Origin: Candidatus Woesearchaeota archaeon
GTDB lineage: Archaea > Nanobdellota > Nanobdellia > Woesearchaeales > JACJVV01
Length of the DNA stretch: 64,000 bases
Assembly: GCA_020637495.1 (NCBI GenBank)
Contig: JACJVV010000003.1
Coordinates: 14,127 to 78,126 of the forward strand
Direction of reading: 5' to 3'
The notes under the pieces were generated by a model. That model was not told where the DNA came from. It searched no databases and saw nothing but the letters and a program-made list of their open reading frames with translations. Position numbers and translations under genes: made by a program. Positions 17,338 through 27,125 of this stretch are shown here, piece after piece (the first letter of the stretch is position 1; each line of letters starts with the position of its first letter).

Positions 17338-19188
17338 ATGACAAAACACGCAAAAGCTATCGGAATTGATTTAGGTACTACATTTTCTGCAGTCGCTGTA
17401 ATGGAAGGAGGAAAACCTGCAATAATCAGCAATGCAGAAGGAACAAGGACAACACCATCAGTAGTGTGGGTGAAGGAAGGCGGAAAAGAAAGAGTGATAG
17501 GACAGGTTGCAAAGAACCAGGCAATCATCGACCCTGCACACGTCGTAAGATCCATCAAGAGACACATGGGTACTGATGAGAAGATAACCATCGAAGGAAA
17601 AGACTATTCACCTCAAGAGATATCAGCGATGATACTGCAGAAACTGAAAGCTGATGCAGAAGCATATCTTGGACATAAAGTAGAGGACGCAGTAATAACA
17701 GTTCCTGCTTATTTCAATGATGCACAGAGACAGGCAACGAAAGATGCAGGAAAGATTGCAGGATTGAACGTATTGAGGATAATCAACGAGCCTACTGCTG
17801 CATCACTTGCATATGGAATGGACAAGAGCGAAGCGCATAATGTATTGGTATTCGATTTTGGAGGAGGAACATTCGATGTATCTGTACTTGAACTTGATGA
17901 TGGAGTGTTTGAAGTCAAATCAACCTCAGGAAACAACCATCTAGGTGGAGATGATGTCGATGACAAGATAATCGACTGGATCGCAGTAGAATTCAAGAAA
18001 AGCAGCGGTATGGACCTTAGGGAAGATAAGGTTGCATTACAAAGACTAAAAGATGCAGCTGAGAAAGCAAAGATTGAGCTGAGCAGTTCACAGCAAGCTA
18101 CTATCAACATACCATACATCACACAGCAACAGCACATAAACCTTACATTGTCAAGAGCTAAATTCGAGGATATGATAGGAGACATACTTGAGAAACTCAA
18201 AGGCCCTACTGAACAAGCAATCAAAGATGCTGGTGACACTAAGATAGACAAAGTGCTTCTCGTAGGAGGATCAACAAGGATACCTTCTGTGCAGAAACTG
18301 GTAAAGGAGATAACTGGAAAAGAGGGTGACAAGAGCATAAATCCAGATGAAGCAGTAGCACTTGGAGCAGCAATACAGGCAGGAATAATAGGAGGAGAGG
18401 TCAAGGATGTTTTGCTTCTTGATGTAACACCTTTAAGCCTTGGCATCGAGACATTAGGTGGAGTATGCACAAAGCTCATTGAAAGGAATACAACCATCCC
18501 TACAAAGAAGAGCCAGATATTCTCAACAGCTGCTGACAACCAGCCTGCCGTAACAATCAATGTATTACAGGGAGAGAGAGCAATGGCTGCGGATAACAAG
18601 AGCCTTGGAAGGTTTGATCTTGATGGGATCCCGCCAGCACCAAGAGGAATTCCTCAGATTGAAGTCACATTCGATATAGATGCAAACGGAATCGTCAATG
18701 TATCCGCTGCAGATAAGGCGACTGGAAAGACACAACATATAACCGTAACAGGGAACAGCAACCTTTCAAAGGAAGACATCGAGAAGATGCAGAAGGATGC
18801 TGAAGCGCATGCTGAAGAAGACAAGAAGAAACGTGAGAAGATAGAGACTTTGAATGAAGCAGAGAGCCTGGTGTTCCAGTATGAGAAGACGATCAAGGAG
18901 ATGGGCGACAAGGTAGACAAGAAACAGCTTGAGCCTGTCCAGAAAGACATCGATGACATGAAGGAATTGCTCAAAGACAAGGACAAGAATTATGAGTCCA
19001 TAAAGAAGAAGAAAGAAGAGATGACTGAGAAATTCAGCAAGATCGCGCAGGAGATGTATCAGAAGGCTGCGGCAGAGCAGCAGAAGGCGCAAGCTGCTGC
19101 AGGCGGAGATAAAACTGATGCAAAAGGCAAGAAAGATGATGTTGTTGATGCTGAAGTCGTCGATGACAATGAAGAGAAGAAGAAATGA
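17338..19188 (+). CDS. dnaK: Hsp70 chaperone DnaK
   Basis: [40 protein letters not shown] and the EEVD-less acidic tail. GGGAGG RBS upstream. Confidence 0.98.
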   Translation: MTKHAKAIGIDLGTTFSAVAVMEGGKPAIISNAEGTRTTPSVVWVKEGGKERVIGQVAKNQAIIDPAHVVRSIKRHMGTDEKITIEGKDYSPQEISAMILQKLKADAEAYLGHKVEDAVITVPAYFNDAQRQATKDAGKIAGLNVLRIINEPTAASLAYGMDKSEAHNVLVFDFGGGTFDVSVLELDDGVFEVKSTSGNNHLGGDDVDDKIIDWIAVEFKKSSGMDLREDKVALQRLKDAAEKAKIELSSSQQATINIPYITQQQHINLTLSRAKFEDMIGDILEKLKGPTEQAIKDAGDTKIDKVLLVGGSTRIPSVQKLVKEITGKEGDKSINPDEAVALGAAIQAGIIGGEVKDVLLLDVTPLSLGIETLGGVCTKLIERNTTIPTKKSQIFSTAADNQPAVTINVLQGERAMAADNKSLGRFDLDGIPPAPRGIPQIEVTFDIDANGIVNVSAADKATGKTQHITVTGNSNLSKEDIEKMQKDAEAHAEEDKKKREKIETLNEAESLVFQYEKTIKEMGDKVDKKQLEPVQKDIDDMKELLKDKDKNYESIKKKKEEMTEKFSKIAQEMYQKAAAEQQKAQAAAGGDKTDAKGKKDDVVDAEVVDDNEEKKK

Positions 19189-19213
19189 TTCTCTTTTTTG
19201 ATTATTTTTTTAA

Positions 19214-19810
19214 ATGAACATGCACAATATCGTGTCGATGGACAAGAATCTAGGAATAAGTGAATGTAAACTGCTGCTTAAGCAGAATGATATCCCTATC
19301 CATATATTCATGCATTGCAGGAAAGTAAATGCGATATCAAGATATATCGCAGATAAGCTCATTGAGAAAGGCATAAATATCGATTTGAAAGTCGTCGATA
19401 AAGCATCCATCTTGCATGATGTGAAGAAGAAGCATTGCCTTATGATTGGAAAAGATGAGCTTCACGAGAAGCAAGGAGGTGAACTCCTTAAAAGCATCGG
19501 TTTTGATAGGATAGGTGAAGTGATATCAAGACATGGGATAAGCTCACTGCATGATGGGTCGCTTAATGGTGACTGGGAAAGCATGATAGTCCATTATGCA
19601 GACAAAAGAGTTATACATGATAAGATTGCTAGCCTTGATGAAAGGATTGAGGATGCAAAAATAAGGTATCCAGAGTCAAGATCATATGCTGAGAAAGTCA
19701 GAGCTGCAAGGCAGATACTTGAAAGACAAATCTTTAAAAACCTAGATATAAAACCTGAAGATATAGATGAAGAGGCAGTAGAGCCATATCTTATAGAGGA
19801 AGAATACTAA
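19214..19810 (+). CDS. HD-domain phosphohydrolase (YqeK-like) inserted between dnaK and dnaJ
   Basis: HCRKVNAISRYIA, ASILHDVKKK and VHYADKRV give the H...HD...D pattern of the HD superfamily. Confidence 0.7.
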   Translation: MNMHNIVSMDKNLGISECKLLLKQNDIPIHIFMHCRKVNAISRYIADKLIEKGINIDLKVVDKASILHDVKKKHCLMIGKDELHEKQGGELLKSIGFDRIGEVISRHGISSLHDGSLNGDWESMIVHYADKRVIHDKIASLDERIEDAKIRYPESRSYAEKVRAARQILERQIFKNLDIKPEDIDEEAVEPYLIEEEY

Positions 19811-19812
19811 AA

Positions 19813-20940
19813 ATGAGCGAAGATTATTATGATCTCCTTGGAGTGAGCAAGAATTCTACAAGAGAAGAGATCAAGAAAGCATACAAGAAACTCGCTAAAA
19901 AATATCATCCTGATAATCAGGAGACTGGTGATGCTGAGAGGTTCAAGAAGATAAACGAGGCAGCAGCAGTCCTTGGAGATGATAAGAAACGGCAACATTA
20001 TGACCAGTTCGGAACAGCTGAAGGTTTCGGCCAAGGAGGAGGAGCTGGAGGATTTGACTTCAGCAGCTTCCAAGATGCATTCGGTGGGGGAGCTGGAGAT
20101 TTCGGAGACATATTCGACCATCTAGGGGATCTTTTCGGAGGAAGTTTCGGTTTCGGAAGCAGAGGCGGAAGAAGGCGAAGAGCCAAAGGTAATGATCTTA
20201 GATATGACATAGATATATCACTTGAAGAGGCTGCATTCGGAACAACAAAGAAAGTCGAATTCTCAAGATTAGGCAAATGTGAAGCATGCAATGGCTCAGG
20301 TGCTGAATCTGAGAGCGATATAATAACATGCCCTGACTGCAATGGACAAGGTCAAGTAAGAAGGACACAGAGGACACCGTTCGGATTGTTCCAGACAACT
20401 TCTGCATGCCCTAAATGCAGAGGAGAAGGGACATCCATAAAGAATGAGTGCAGAAAATGCGATGGTACAGGACTTGTCAGGGAGACAAAGAACCTTGAGA
20501 TAAAAGTCCCTGCTGGAATTGACGACGGGATGCGACTCAGGATTGGAGAAGAGGGTGATGCAGCTCCTAAGAATGGAGTCAATGGCGACCTCTATGTATT
20601 CATCAGCGTGATGCCCCACAAACATTTTGTCAGGGAAGAGAATGATATACACCTTGAAGTCCCAATAAGCGTGTCACAAGCAGCACTAGGGACAAACATC
20701 GAAGTCCCTACACTTTTAGGAAAAGCCACATTAAAGATCCCTGCTGGAACACAGCCTGAAACAGTATTCAGGATGAGGGATAAAGGGATAAAGGATCTCC
20801 ATGGCAATGGTATCGGTGACCAGATGGTGAAAGTTGTCGTGAAGATACCTGAGAAACTTAACAAGAAAGAGAAGAAACTGTTTGAAGAGCTAGGCGAAGA
20901 GAGCAAGAAATCTGGATTCTTCAAAAGATTGTTCGAATAA
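19813..20940 (+). CDS. dnaJ: co-chaperone DnaJ (type I)
   Basis: J domain (DYYDLLGV...KYHPD), a G/F-rich linker, and four CxxCxGxG repeats (CEACNGSG, CPDCNGQG, CPKCRGEG, CRKCDGTG). Confidence 0.95.
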   Translation: MSEDYYDLLGVSKNSTREEIKKAYKKLAKKYHPDNQETGDAERFKKINEAAAVLGDDKKRQHYDQFGTAEGFGQGGGAGGFDFSSFQDAFGGGAGDFGDIFDHLGDLFGGSFGFGSRGGRRRRAKGNDLRYDIDISLEEAAFGTTKKVEFSRLGKCEACNGSGAESESDIITCPDCNGQGQVRRTQRTPFGLFQTTSACPKCRGEGTSIKNECRKCDGTGLVRETKNLEIKVPAGIDDGMRLRIGEEGDAAPKNGVNGDLYVFISVMPHKHFVREENDIHLEVPISVSQAALGTNIEVPTLLGKATLKIPAGTQPETVFRMRDKGIKDLHGNGIGDQMVKVVVKIPEKLNKKEKKLFEELGEESKKSGFFKRLFE

Positions 20941-21004
20941 TGAAGAAATAACATTATATTCTACAATAGATAGGTTTAAAAAGCAACATACAATCCTGTC
21001 CTGT

Positions 21005-21562
21005 ATGCAATATTACAAACCAGATACCATGGATTGCTTTGGATGCAGTCTTGCAAATTTTTTTCTTGAGATAGGAAGAGATGATTTAGCTACAAGAGTA
21101 TCTGAGGGATACATGAATCATCCATTAGTACATCCTGAAGGAGGAATGTATGGTGGAACTGCTCCAGCAATAATTAAAGACCTTACAGGATGGGGATCAT
21201 TAGTTGTATGGAAAGGTGCAAATGTTGATAAGTGTGCTGAATGGCAAGATCAACCTGCATTGCGAGAAAGAATAAAGAGAACAATGGAAGAATATTCTCA
21301 CTCTATCATTTCTGATGTTACAATAGTTCCAAAATTTTTTCCACAGATTGGATTATTTAGAGATGGTGAGAATGGTCATGCGGTTCTTGAACTTAACAAT
21401 TGCACTATAGATAATGGAATTGCAATTAAACGAGGAAATTATAGAGAATGCAAAGGAGCAGTATATCCTTTTGTAGAACATGCACGAGAATCTTTTACAG
21501 ATAGTTTTTGGATGAGACAATCTGAATTAAATGCTAAACTATTTCTTGAATACGCTAACTAA
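21005..21562 (+). CDS. hypothetical protein, possible papain-like (C39-like) cysteine peptidase fold
   Basis: The N-terminal MDCFGCSLANFFLEIG resembles the catalytic-Cys helix of C39-like peptidases. The later GHAVLEL could supply the His. Weak. Confidence 0.35.
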   Translation: MQYYKPDTMDCFGCSLANFFLEIGRDDLATRVSEGYMNHPLVHPEGGMYGGTAPAIIKDLTGWGSLVVWKGANVDKCAEWQDQPALRERIKRTMEEYSHSIISDVTIVPKFFPQIGLFRDGENGHAVLELNNCTIDNGIAIKRGNYRECKGAVYPFVEHARESFTDSFWMRQSELNAKLFLEYAN

Positions 21563-22069
21563 TGAACCTTGTATATCATGTGTCTCAATCTTCTTCAATC
21601 CTTTCGGATGATAATGTGGACCAAATACGACAAGCTTTGCGTCTTTCTTCATCTCTCTCTTCAGCTTATCCTCTAGAGGACCAGATATGTAATTGTCCGG
21701 AGCAATGAAGAGATAGTCATACTGGCTTAGATTATGCTGCATATAATCTTCATTCAGCAGAGTGACTCCTGATCTTGCATTCTTCGCATGCTCCTGAGCG
21801 AAATCATGCAATTCCTTGTCAAACTCAATACCTGTTGCATTCGTGAATATGCTTGCCACTATAGCTGCTCTTCCATCACCGCTTCCTAGATCTAGGAATC
21901 TCTTATGCTTGTCAAGCTGTGTCTTGCTGAAGAGCTCAAAAAGCTCCTCTGTTGGGGTTATCCCCCAGTAGCCTTTACCTGTATCCTTGACCATGAGTCT
22001 TCCTTTAGAAAGCATGTACATATGGAAATCATCATATATTGACTTTATAGGTTCGAACTTTTTCCTCAT
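21539..22069 (-). CDS. class I SAM-dependent methyltransferase
   Basis: Motif I FLDLGSGDGRAAIVAS, post-I IEFD, motif II/III region YDYLFIAPD. Confidence 0.7.
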   Translation of the reverse strand: MRKKFEPIKSIYDDFHMYMLSKGRLMVKDTGKGYWGITPTEELFELFSKTQLDKHKRFLDLGSGDGRAAIVASIFTNATGIEFDKELHDFAQEHAKNARSGVTLLNEDYMQHNLSQYDYLFIAPDNYISGPLEDKLKREMKKDAKLVVFGPHYHPKGLKKIETHDIQGSLVSVFKK

Positions 22070-22229
22070 AATGCAATCCTAATATGTTGTTTATATATAT
22101 TTTACCCTGCTTCAAAGTAGGATATTGCTTTATTGTTATCACATTATAGTAGTTACAAATCGAAAAGTTTATAAATATCAAAATTCTGCATGATGTATAA
22201 TTAGCTATAAATAGCCTTAGGAATGAAAA

Positions 22230-22616
22230 ATGACACAAGATGAATCCAAGCACACAGTAATCATAGACGCAGACCTGCACATCCAGGACCCGCATGATAT
22301 CATATTATCATATTTTAACACCAATAACGACAACCAATTCGCTCATGGGAAGAAGAAAGATTTCTTCTTCAGGGTGCTTGGGCTTTTTGTTGGTCTTGTA
22401 CTTATGAAATTCTTTTTTGAGGAGATGTTCACAAGCTTCTGGGTATTCTTGATGATACTTGTTATTGCACTGATAATGGGAGCGATATTCGCTTTTGCAA
22501 TACCATTCTTCGTGAAACTCATACGTTTCGGTTCAAGAGGAGACGGGGTCAGAGGGATATTCTACAATGTAGTGTTCATTACATTGATAGTCCTTCTAGT
22601 AGGGATATTCATATAA
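22230..22616 (+). CDS. small membrane protein
   Basis: 128 aa with hydrophobic helices (FFFRVLGLFVGLVLMKFFF, WVFLMILVIALIMGAIFAFAIPFFV, VVFITLIVLLVGIFI). Confidence 0.45.
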   Translation: MTQDESKHTVIIDADLHIQDPHDIILSYFNTNNDNQFAHGKKKDFFFRVLGLFVGLVLMKFFFEEMFTSFWVFLMILVIALIMGAIFAFAIPFFVKLIRFGSRGDGVRGIFYNVVFITLIVLLVGIFI

Positions 22617-22639
22617 ACTGATTTGATTTTTCTTTACAT

Positions 22640-22915
22640 ATGATTGTCAAATTTTTGGGGTTGTTTGATCTGATATGCGTATTATGCATAGTAGCTTTTG
22701 CATGGATCCCGCATTCTATAGTCATGAAGATAGGCATGCTGCTGATGTTCAAAGGGATAGTCTTTGCGACTTTCAAGGACATACCTAGCATACTAGACGC
22801 CCTTGCTGGACTATACATGGGACTAATGGTGTATGGGATAAGCGCTCCTCTGATAGGAGGATTCTTCGTCATATTCCTTGGAGTAAAGGGTGTGATGAGT
22901 CTGTTTGCCAACTAA
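22640..22915 (+). CDS. small membrane protein
   Basis: 91 aa with three hydrophobic segments. Confidence 0.45.
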   Translation: MIVKFLGLFDLICVLCIVAFAWIPHSIVMKIGMLLMFKGIVFATFKDIPSILDALAGLYMGLMVYGISAPLIGGFFVIFLGVKGVMSLFAN

Positions 22916-23703
22916 AGTCTTCTCAATGTCTCCTTGACAAACCTTACATCAAGATCAGATGATTCAAGATCATGGCTTGATGGTTTTCTTGCAATCTTGC
23001 TTTTTGCGAACCTTACTATACCTTTCCCTACTTTTTTCCCGAATCTACCTGGTGACAGCTTGAAGAATACGATCCCTACCCCGAATATCACTATTGATGC
23101 GAACAGGAACAATATCCAGTCGAAGCTTGCACCGTTCTGCAGCAATGAATCAAAATATCCACCAAATATTTTTGCATAGAATGTGTTGACTAGATAGATC
23201 GCAATGAACCATGCTACCCAGCTTGCTGCCCACTCGATGAAAGGCCTTGGACGTAAGAAATAGCTTGTAGGCAGCATTATCAAATTCCTTACTGTTGTAT
23301 ATACTGCCATTGTTACAAGTATATCTCCTGTAATGGAGTATATTAGAGGAGTTATCATGCAGGTTATGCTCTGTGCTGCATTGTCCTCTATGATCGCTGA
23401 CCATGGTGGATAGATTCCTGCAAGCCTTGGAAGCGTATTTACTATCCAGACAAAGGCTGCTGCTACTGGCCATCCTAAGTTTATTGTGATTATCAATGCA
23501 AATATATCCACAAGATCAGTTGCATAGAATATGAATAATGGATCATTGATGCCTGCTCCAGGAAGCCTGCTCCAGAACCCTATCAAGCCAAAGAGGAATA
23601 CAGTTGCAAGAACAGGATTGAAAGGCAGCAATAGAATTATCATTGCATAATTTATCACAGTGACTGTGATTATTACAGGCCATTGGATGTTGAGTATTCT
23701 CAT
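22912..23703 (-). CDS. polytopic membrane protein, paralog B (see 13468-14247)
   Basis: 263 aa, collinear similarity with paralog A including the cytoplasmic C-terminal motif DVRFVKETLRRL. Confidence 0.6.
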   Translation of the reverse strand: MRILNIQWPVIITVTVINYAMIILLLPFNPVLATVFLFGLIGFWSRLPGAGINDPLFIFYATDLVDIFALIITINLGWPVAAAFVWIVNTLPRLAGIYPPWSAIIEDNAAQSITCMITPLIYSITGDILVTMAVYTTVRNLIMLPTSYFLRPRPFIEWAASWVAWFIAIYLVNTFYAKIFGGYFDSLLQNGASFDWILFLFASIVIFGVGIVFFKLSPGRFGKKVGKGIVRFAKSKIARKPSSHDLESSDLDVRFVKETLRRL

Positions 23704-23814
23704 CTTATCATAGCTGTCGCTATATTACGACAATTTATTATCTATCAGAACACCCCTTGGGATGCATAAGTTCAAAAACTATATAAATATAAACACACCA
23801 CTACTAGTATAACA

Positions 23815-24570
23815 ATGAATATCGAACTTTTGAAAGAATCAGGACTTACAGATGGTGAGATAAAGGTGTACCTGGCCATGCTTGAGCTTGGTTCAACAAC
23901 CACTGGACCAATAATCGATAGATCTGGTATTGCAAGATCAATAATATATAACATACTTGAAAGGCTTATCGAGAAAGGACTTGTCTCATTCATAATAAAG
24001 GATAAGACAAAATATTTTCAAGCGAGCCAACCAAAGAAGATAATTGATTATATAGATGAAAAGGAGAAAAAATTAGCCGATAACAGAGATAAGATAATTG
24101 AGATGCTGCCACAGCTTGAGATGCTGCAGAAATTAGCTCCTGAGAGTGAAGCAAGGATGTATTTCGGATTCAAAGGCATAAGGACAGCCCATGAGAGGAT
24201 CTATGAAGTATTGAAGAAAGGCGAGTGCTTCTACTGGCTTGGAATTCCTGCCTATCAGCCTAATGAACAACACATCTATTGGAAAAAGGACCATGCAGTG
24301 CGTGTCAAGAAAGGGATAAAGATCAAGGTCCTATTCAACTATGATACGGATGCATCAATTCCTAAGCAAAGGAATACCTATAAAGATTGTGAAGCTAGGA
24401 TAATGAAGACGAAGATAAAGACTCCTGCAGCATTCGTCACATATAAAGATACAACATTGATAGTGCTGCAATCACCAAATGAGATTGCGATAGAAATAAA
24501 GAACCAAGATGTGCATGATTCTTTCAAGGCATATTTCGATGAATTCTGGAAACAGAGCATAAAGCCTTAA
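23815..24570 (+). CDS. TrmB-family winged-HTH transcriptional regulator (copy B)
   Basis: MNIELLKESGLTDGEIKVYLAMLELGSTTTGPIIDRSGIARSIIYNILERLIEKGLVSFI. It is divergent from membrane paralog B, mirroring copy A. Confidence 0.75.
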   Translation: MNIELLKESGLTDGEIKVYLAMLELGSTTTGPIIDRSGIARSIIYNILERLIEKGLVSFIIKDKTKYFQASQPKKIIDYIDEKEKKLADNRDKIIEMLPQLEMLQKLAPESEARMYFGFKGIRTAHERIYEVLKKGECFYWLGIPAYQPNEQHIYWKKDHAVRVKKGIKIKVLFNYDTDASIPKQRNTYKDCEARIMKTKIKTPAAFVTYKDTTLIVLQSPNEIAIEIKNQDVHDSFKAYFDEFWKQSIKP

Positions 24571-24592
24571 GCGAGTCTATATCTTAGAGAAA

Positions 24593-26029
24593 TCATTCAG
24601 CATTCCTTGTTCCTTGTGTTATCGTCTCCTGCCAGCCTGCTGATGTTATCCTTATGAATTCTGCGTTCTTCTGCATCTCTTTTATGTCATGAGCTCCACA
24701 ATAACTGATTCCGCTCCTCAAACCTTTCATAAGGGAAGATATGACTTCAGATACTGGACCTTTGTAGTCTACAAGAATGCTAACCCCTTCAACAAAGACA
24801 TCAATCCTATCCTTATACTGCTTCTGCTCAAGTTTCTCTTTCCTTTCCAGATTGCTTGAATAGCTAGCAGAACCCATATAACGCTTGTATCTCTTGCCGT
24901 CTTTTGCAAGTATAGGTCCTGGTGCTTCATCAGTCCCTGCAAATAAAGTCCCAGAGAATATTGTGCTTGCTCCTGCAGCAATCGCTTTTGCAACATCACC
25001 AGGAGTTTTCAAGCCACCATCTGCTGTGACAGGGATATCATACTTCTTTGCAATACTGCATACATCCATAACAGCTGTAAGTTGTGGAACACCTGCACCA
25101 GATATCTGTCTTGTGCTGCATACAGGACTTGGACCTACTCCAACTTTCAGACCATCAGCTCCTGCCTTTATCAAGTCTTCAGCAGCTTCAGCAGTAGCAA
25201 TATTACCAGCCATCACATCTGTCTTAGGGAACTTCTCTTTCAATTCCTTTATACGTCCAATCATAAGATCTGAATGTGCATGCGCAATATCTATAACTAT
25301 GACATCTGCGCCTGCTTTTATTAATGCTTCAGCACGCTCCAAGGTATCCTTAACACCTACTGCTGCAGCGACGATAAGACGACCTTTCTTGTCACGTGAT
25401 GCATTGGGCCATGTCTCAAGCTTGACTATATCTTGCGTCGTTACAAGACCAACCACTTTCCCATCCTTTAGGATAGGAAGTTTCTCTATCCTATGCTTAT
25501 GAAGAATATCTTTTGCCTTATCCAATGTTATGCTTGGGTCTGCAGTGACAAGCTTTTCAACAGACGTCATCACATCACTTATCTTTTTTGATAGGTCTTC
25601 CTCAAAGAGATAATCCCTCCTTGTAAAAATACCTTTCAGTTCTCCACTGCTTCCTTTAACAATCAGGCTTGTCACATTCTGCTTATTCATCACTTTAACT
25701 GCTTCCTCCAATGTTGCTTCTACGCCTATTGAGAGAGGATTCTCTATCATGTAACAGGTGCTTCTCTTAACCTTCTTCACTTCCTCTACCTGTTCATCGA
25801 TTGTATTGAACTGATGAATTACACCTATGCCGCCTTCCCTGGCAAGGGCTATTGCCATCTTATGCTCTGTCACAGTAGCCATATTTGCAGAGGCAAGAGG
25901 AGAATTAAGATGTATGTTCCTTGTAAATCTGCTTTCAGTGTTCGCTTCCTTTCTTGAAGATAGAGGTGTCTTCTTAGGTACAAGCAGAACATCAGAATAT
26001 GTAAGTCCTTCGCGTATATTGCTAACCAT
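24593..26029 (-). CDS. guaB: IMP dehydrogenase with CBS pair
   Basis: GLTYSDVLLVPK, a CBS-pair insert, catalytic loop VGVGPSPVCSTRQISGAGVPQ, and GGLKTPGDVAKAIAAGAS. Confidence 0.93.
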   Translation of the reverse strand: MVSNIREGLTYSDVLLVPKKTPLSSRKEANTESRFTRNIHLNSPLASANMATVTEHKMAIALAREGGIGVIHQFNTIDEQVEEVKKVKRSTCYMIENPLSIGVEATLEEAVKVMNKQNVTSLIVKGSSGELKGIFTRRDYLFEEDLSKKISDVMTSVEKLVTADPSITLDKAKDILHKHRIEKLPILKDGKVVGLVTTQDIVKLETWPNASRDKKGRLIVAAAVGVKDTLERAEALIKAGADVIVIDIAHAHSDLMIGRIKELKEKFPKTDVMAGNIATAEAAEDLIKAGADGLKVGVGPSPVCSTRQISGAGVPQLTAVMDVCSIAKKYDIPVTADGGLKTPGDVAKAIAAGASTIFSGTLFAGTDEAPGPILAKDGKRYKRYMGSASYSSNLERKEKLEQKQYKDRIDVFVEGVSILVDYKGPVSEVISSLMKGLRSGISYCGAHDIKEMQKNAEFIRITSAGWQETITQGTRNAE

Positions 26030-26121
26030 CCCGTATTTGATGTGAATACTAAGGATTTATATTATTATCGGTGATGAGACTCATCTAAATTTTTATAAAC
26101 CTGGCAAATAGGAAATTTAGA

Positions 26122-26565
26122 ATGCTTAACTTCCTGCTGATAACTGCATTATATGGCGCACATATTGTTATAGTCAATGTTTTGAGAGGCCTTAAGAATA
26201 ACATCGCTTCAGGCATAGATTTCTCCCTCACAGGGGCATTCCTTGCTGGATATTGGTTCGGATGGAAATGGGGCTTGATATTAGGTATGATTTTTGCATT
26301 GACAAACAACATTGTCCAGATGGAATTCTACCCAAGCATGTTCATATTGATACCTGCTACGGGAGTATTCGGAATATGGGGTTCATTTGTTGCATTTGCA
26401 GGAATCCCTATCTTGGGAAGTGTAGTTGCAGGAGTTGTAGTATATGCAATAATTACAGATGTACTCATGATGACACTTTTCGGAGAAAGAGATTTTGTTA
26501 TGATGGGAGGATTCTTCCTTGGAAGCTTAGTCCTCAATTGGGTATTCTTTGATTTGTTTTTCTAA
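26122..26565 (+). CDS. membrane protein, unknown function
   Basis: 147 aa, 4-5 hydrophobic helices rich in Gly/Phe. Confidence 0.5.
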   Translation: MLNFLLITALYGAHIVIVNVLRGLKNNIASGIDFSLTGAFLAGYWFGWKWGLILGMIFALTNNIVQMEFYPSMFILIPATGVFGIWGSFVAFAGIPILGSVVAGVVVYAIITDVLMMTLFGERDFVMMGGFFLGSLVLNWVFFDLFF

Positions 26566-26567
26566 TA

Positions 26568-27125
26568 TCAATTGTGATTAAGCATGACTTTCACTTTCTC
26601 ATATTCCAATCCTTGATCATCAAGGATCTTCAATATCTTCTGCTGTTCGATAGAATACATTTCACCGATGGTTTTTGCATTGTACTGCTTCATCCTTCTC
26701 TGAAGATGCTTTTCCCAAAGCTTTGATCTACGTTCACGATGTGACGCTCTCTCCTCAATCACTTCCTCGTCGAGAAATGGCAGCAGAACCTTTGCATTAA
26801 ATTCTTTTAGATTGCTTATCACATTCTTATATCTTATTTTCACTTCATCATTAAGACAGAAGAGAGCAAAACTGATATGGAACCTATTAAGGATTACTAC
26901 AGAATCATCGTTCAGACTCTTAACATATTCAATCATGTTCTCCATCAATTCCATCCTCATCTCAACTATGTCTGGGATCCATGCATGACGCCATGACCAT
27001 AGGAGTTCTTCCTCTCTGAAAGGATATACTATAAAGCCATTCTTCTCGTATTCTTGTACAAGCTGCGTCTGCAGAGTATCTTTTCCTGAACCAGGTACTC
27101 CCTCAATCACTATTATCTTTGGCAT
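26568..27125 (-). CDS. P-loop NTPase / small-molecule kinase-like protein
   Basis: MPKIIVIEGVPGSGKDTL Walker A at the extreme N-terminus, as in nucleoside/nucleotide kinase-fold proteins. Specificity unknown. Confidence 0.6.
   Translation of the reverse strand: MPKIIVIEGVPGSGKDTLQTQLVQEYEKNGFIVYPFREEELLWSWRHAWIPDIVEMRMELMENMIEYVKSLNDDSVVILNRFHISFALFCLNDEVKIRYKNVISNLKEFNAKVLLPFLDEEVIEERASHRERRSKLWEKHLQRRMKQYNAKTIGEMYSIEQQKILKILDDQGLEYEKVKVMLNHN

Noticed and set aside
17709-18599. 296-aa ORF antisense to dnaK (also 18654-19092)
   Set aside because: It lies wholly inside the highly conserved dnaK gene. It has Ser/Leu-rich composition typical of antisense frames and no independent support.
24885-25502. 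205-aa ORF antisense to guaB
   Set aside because: It is embedded in IMP dehydrogenase. The Ala/Ser/Pro-rich antisense artefact comes from the GC-richer conserved gene.
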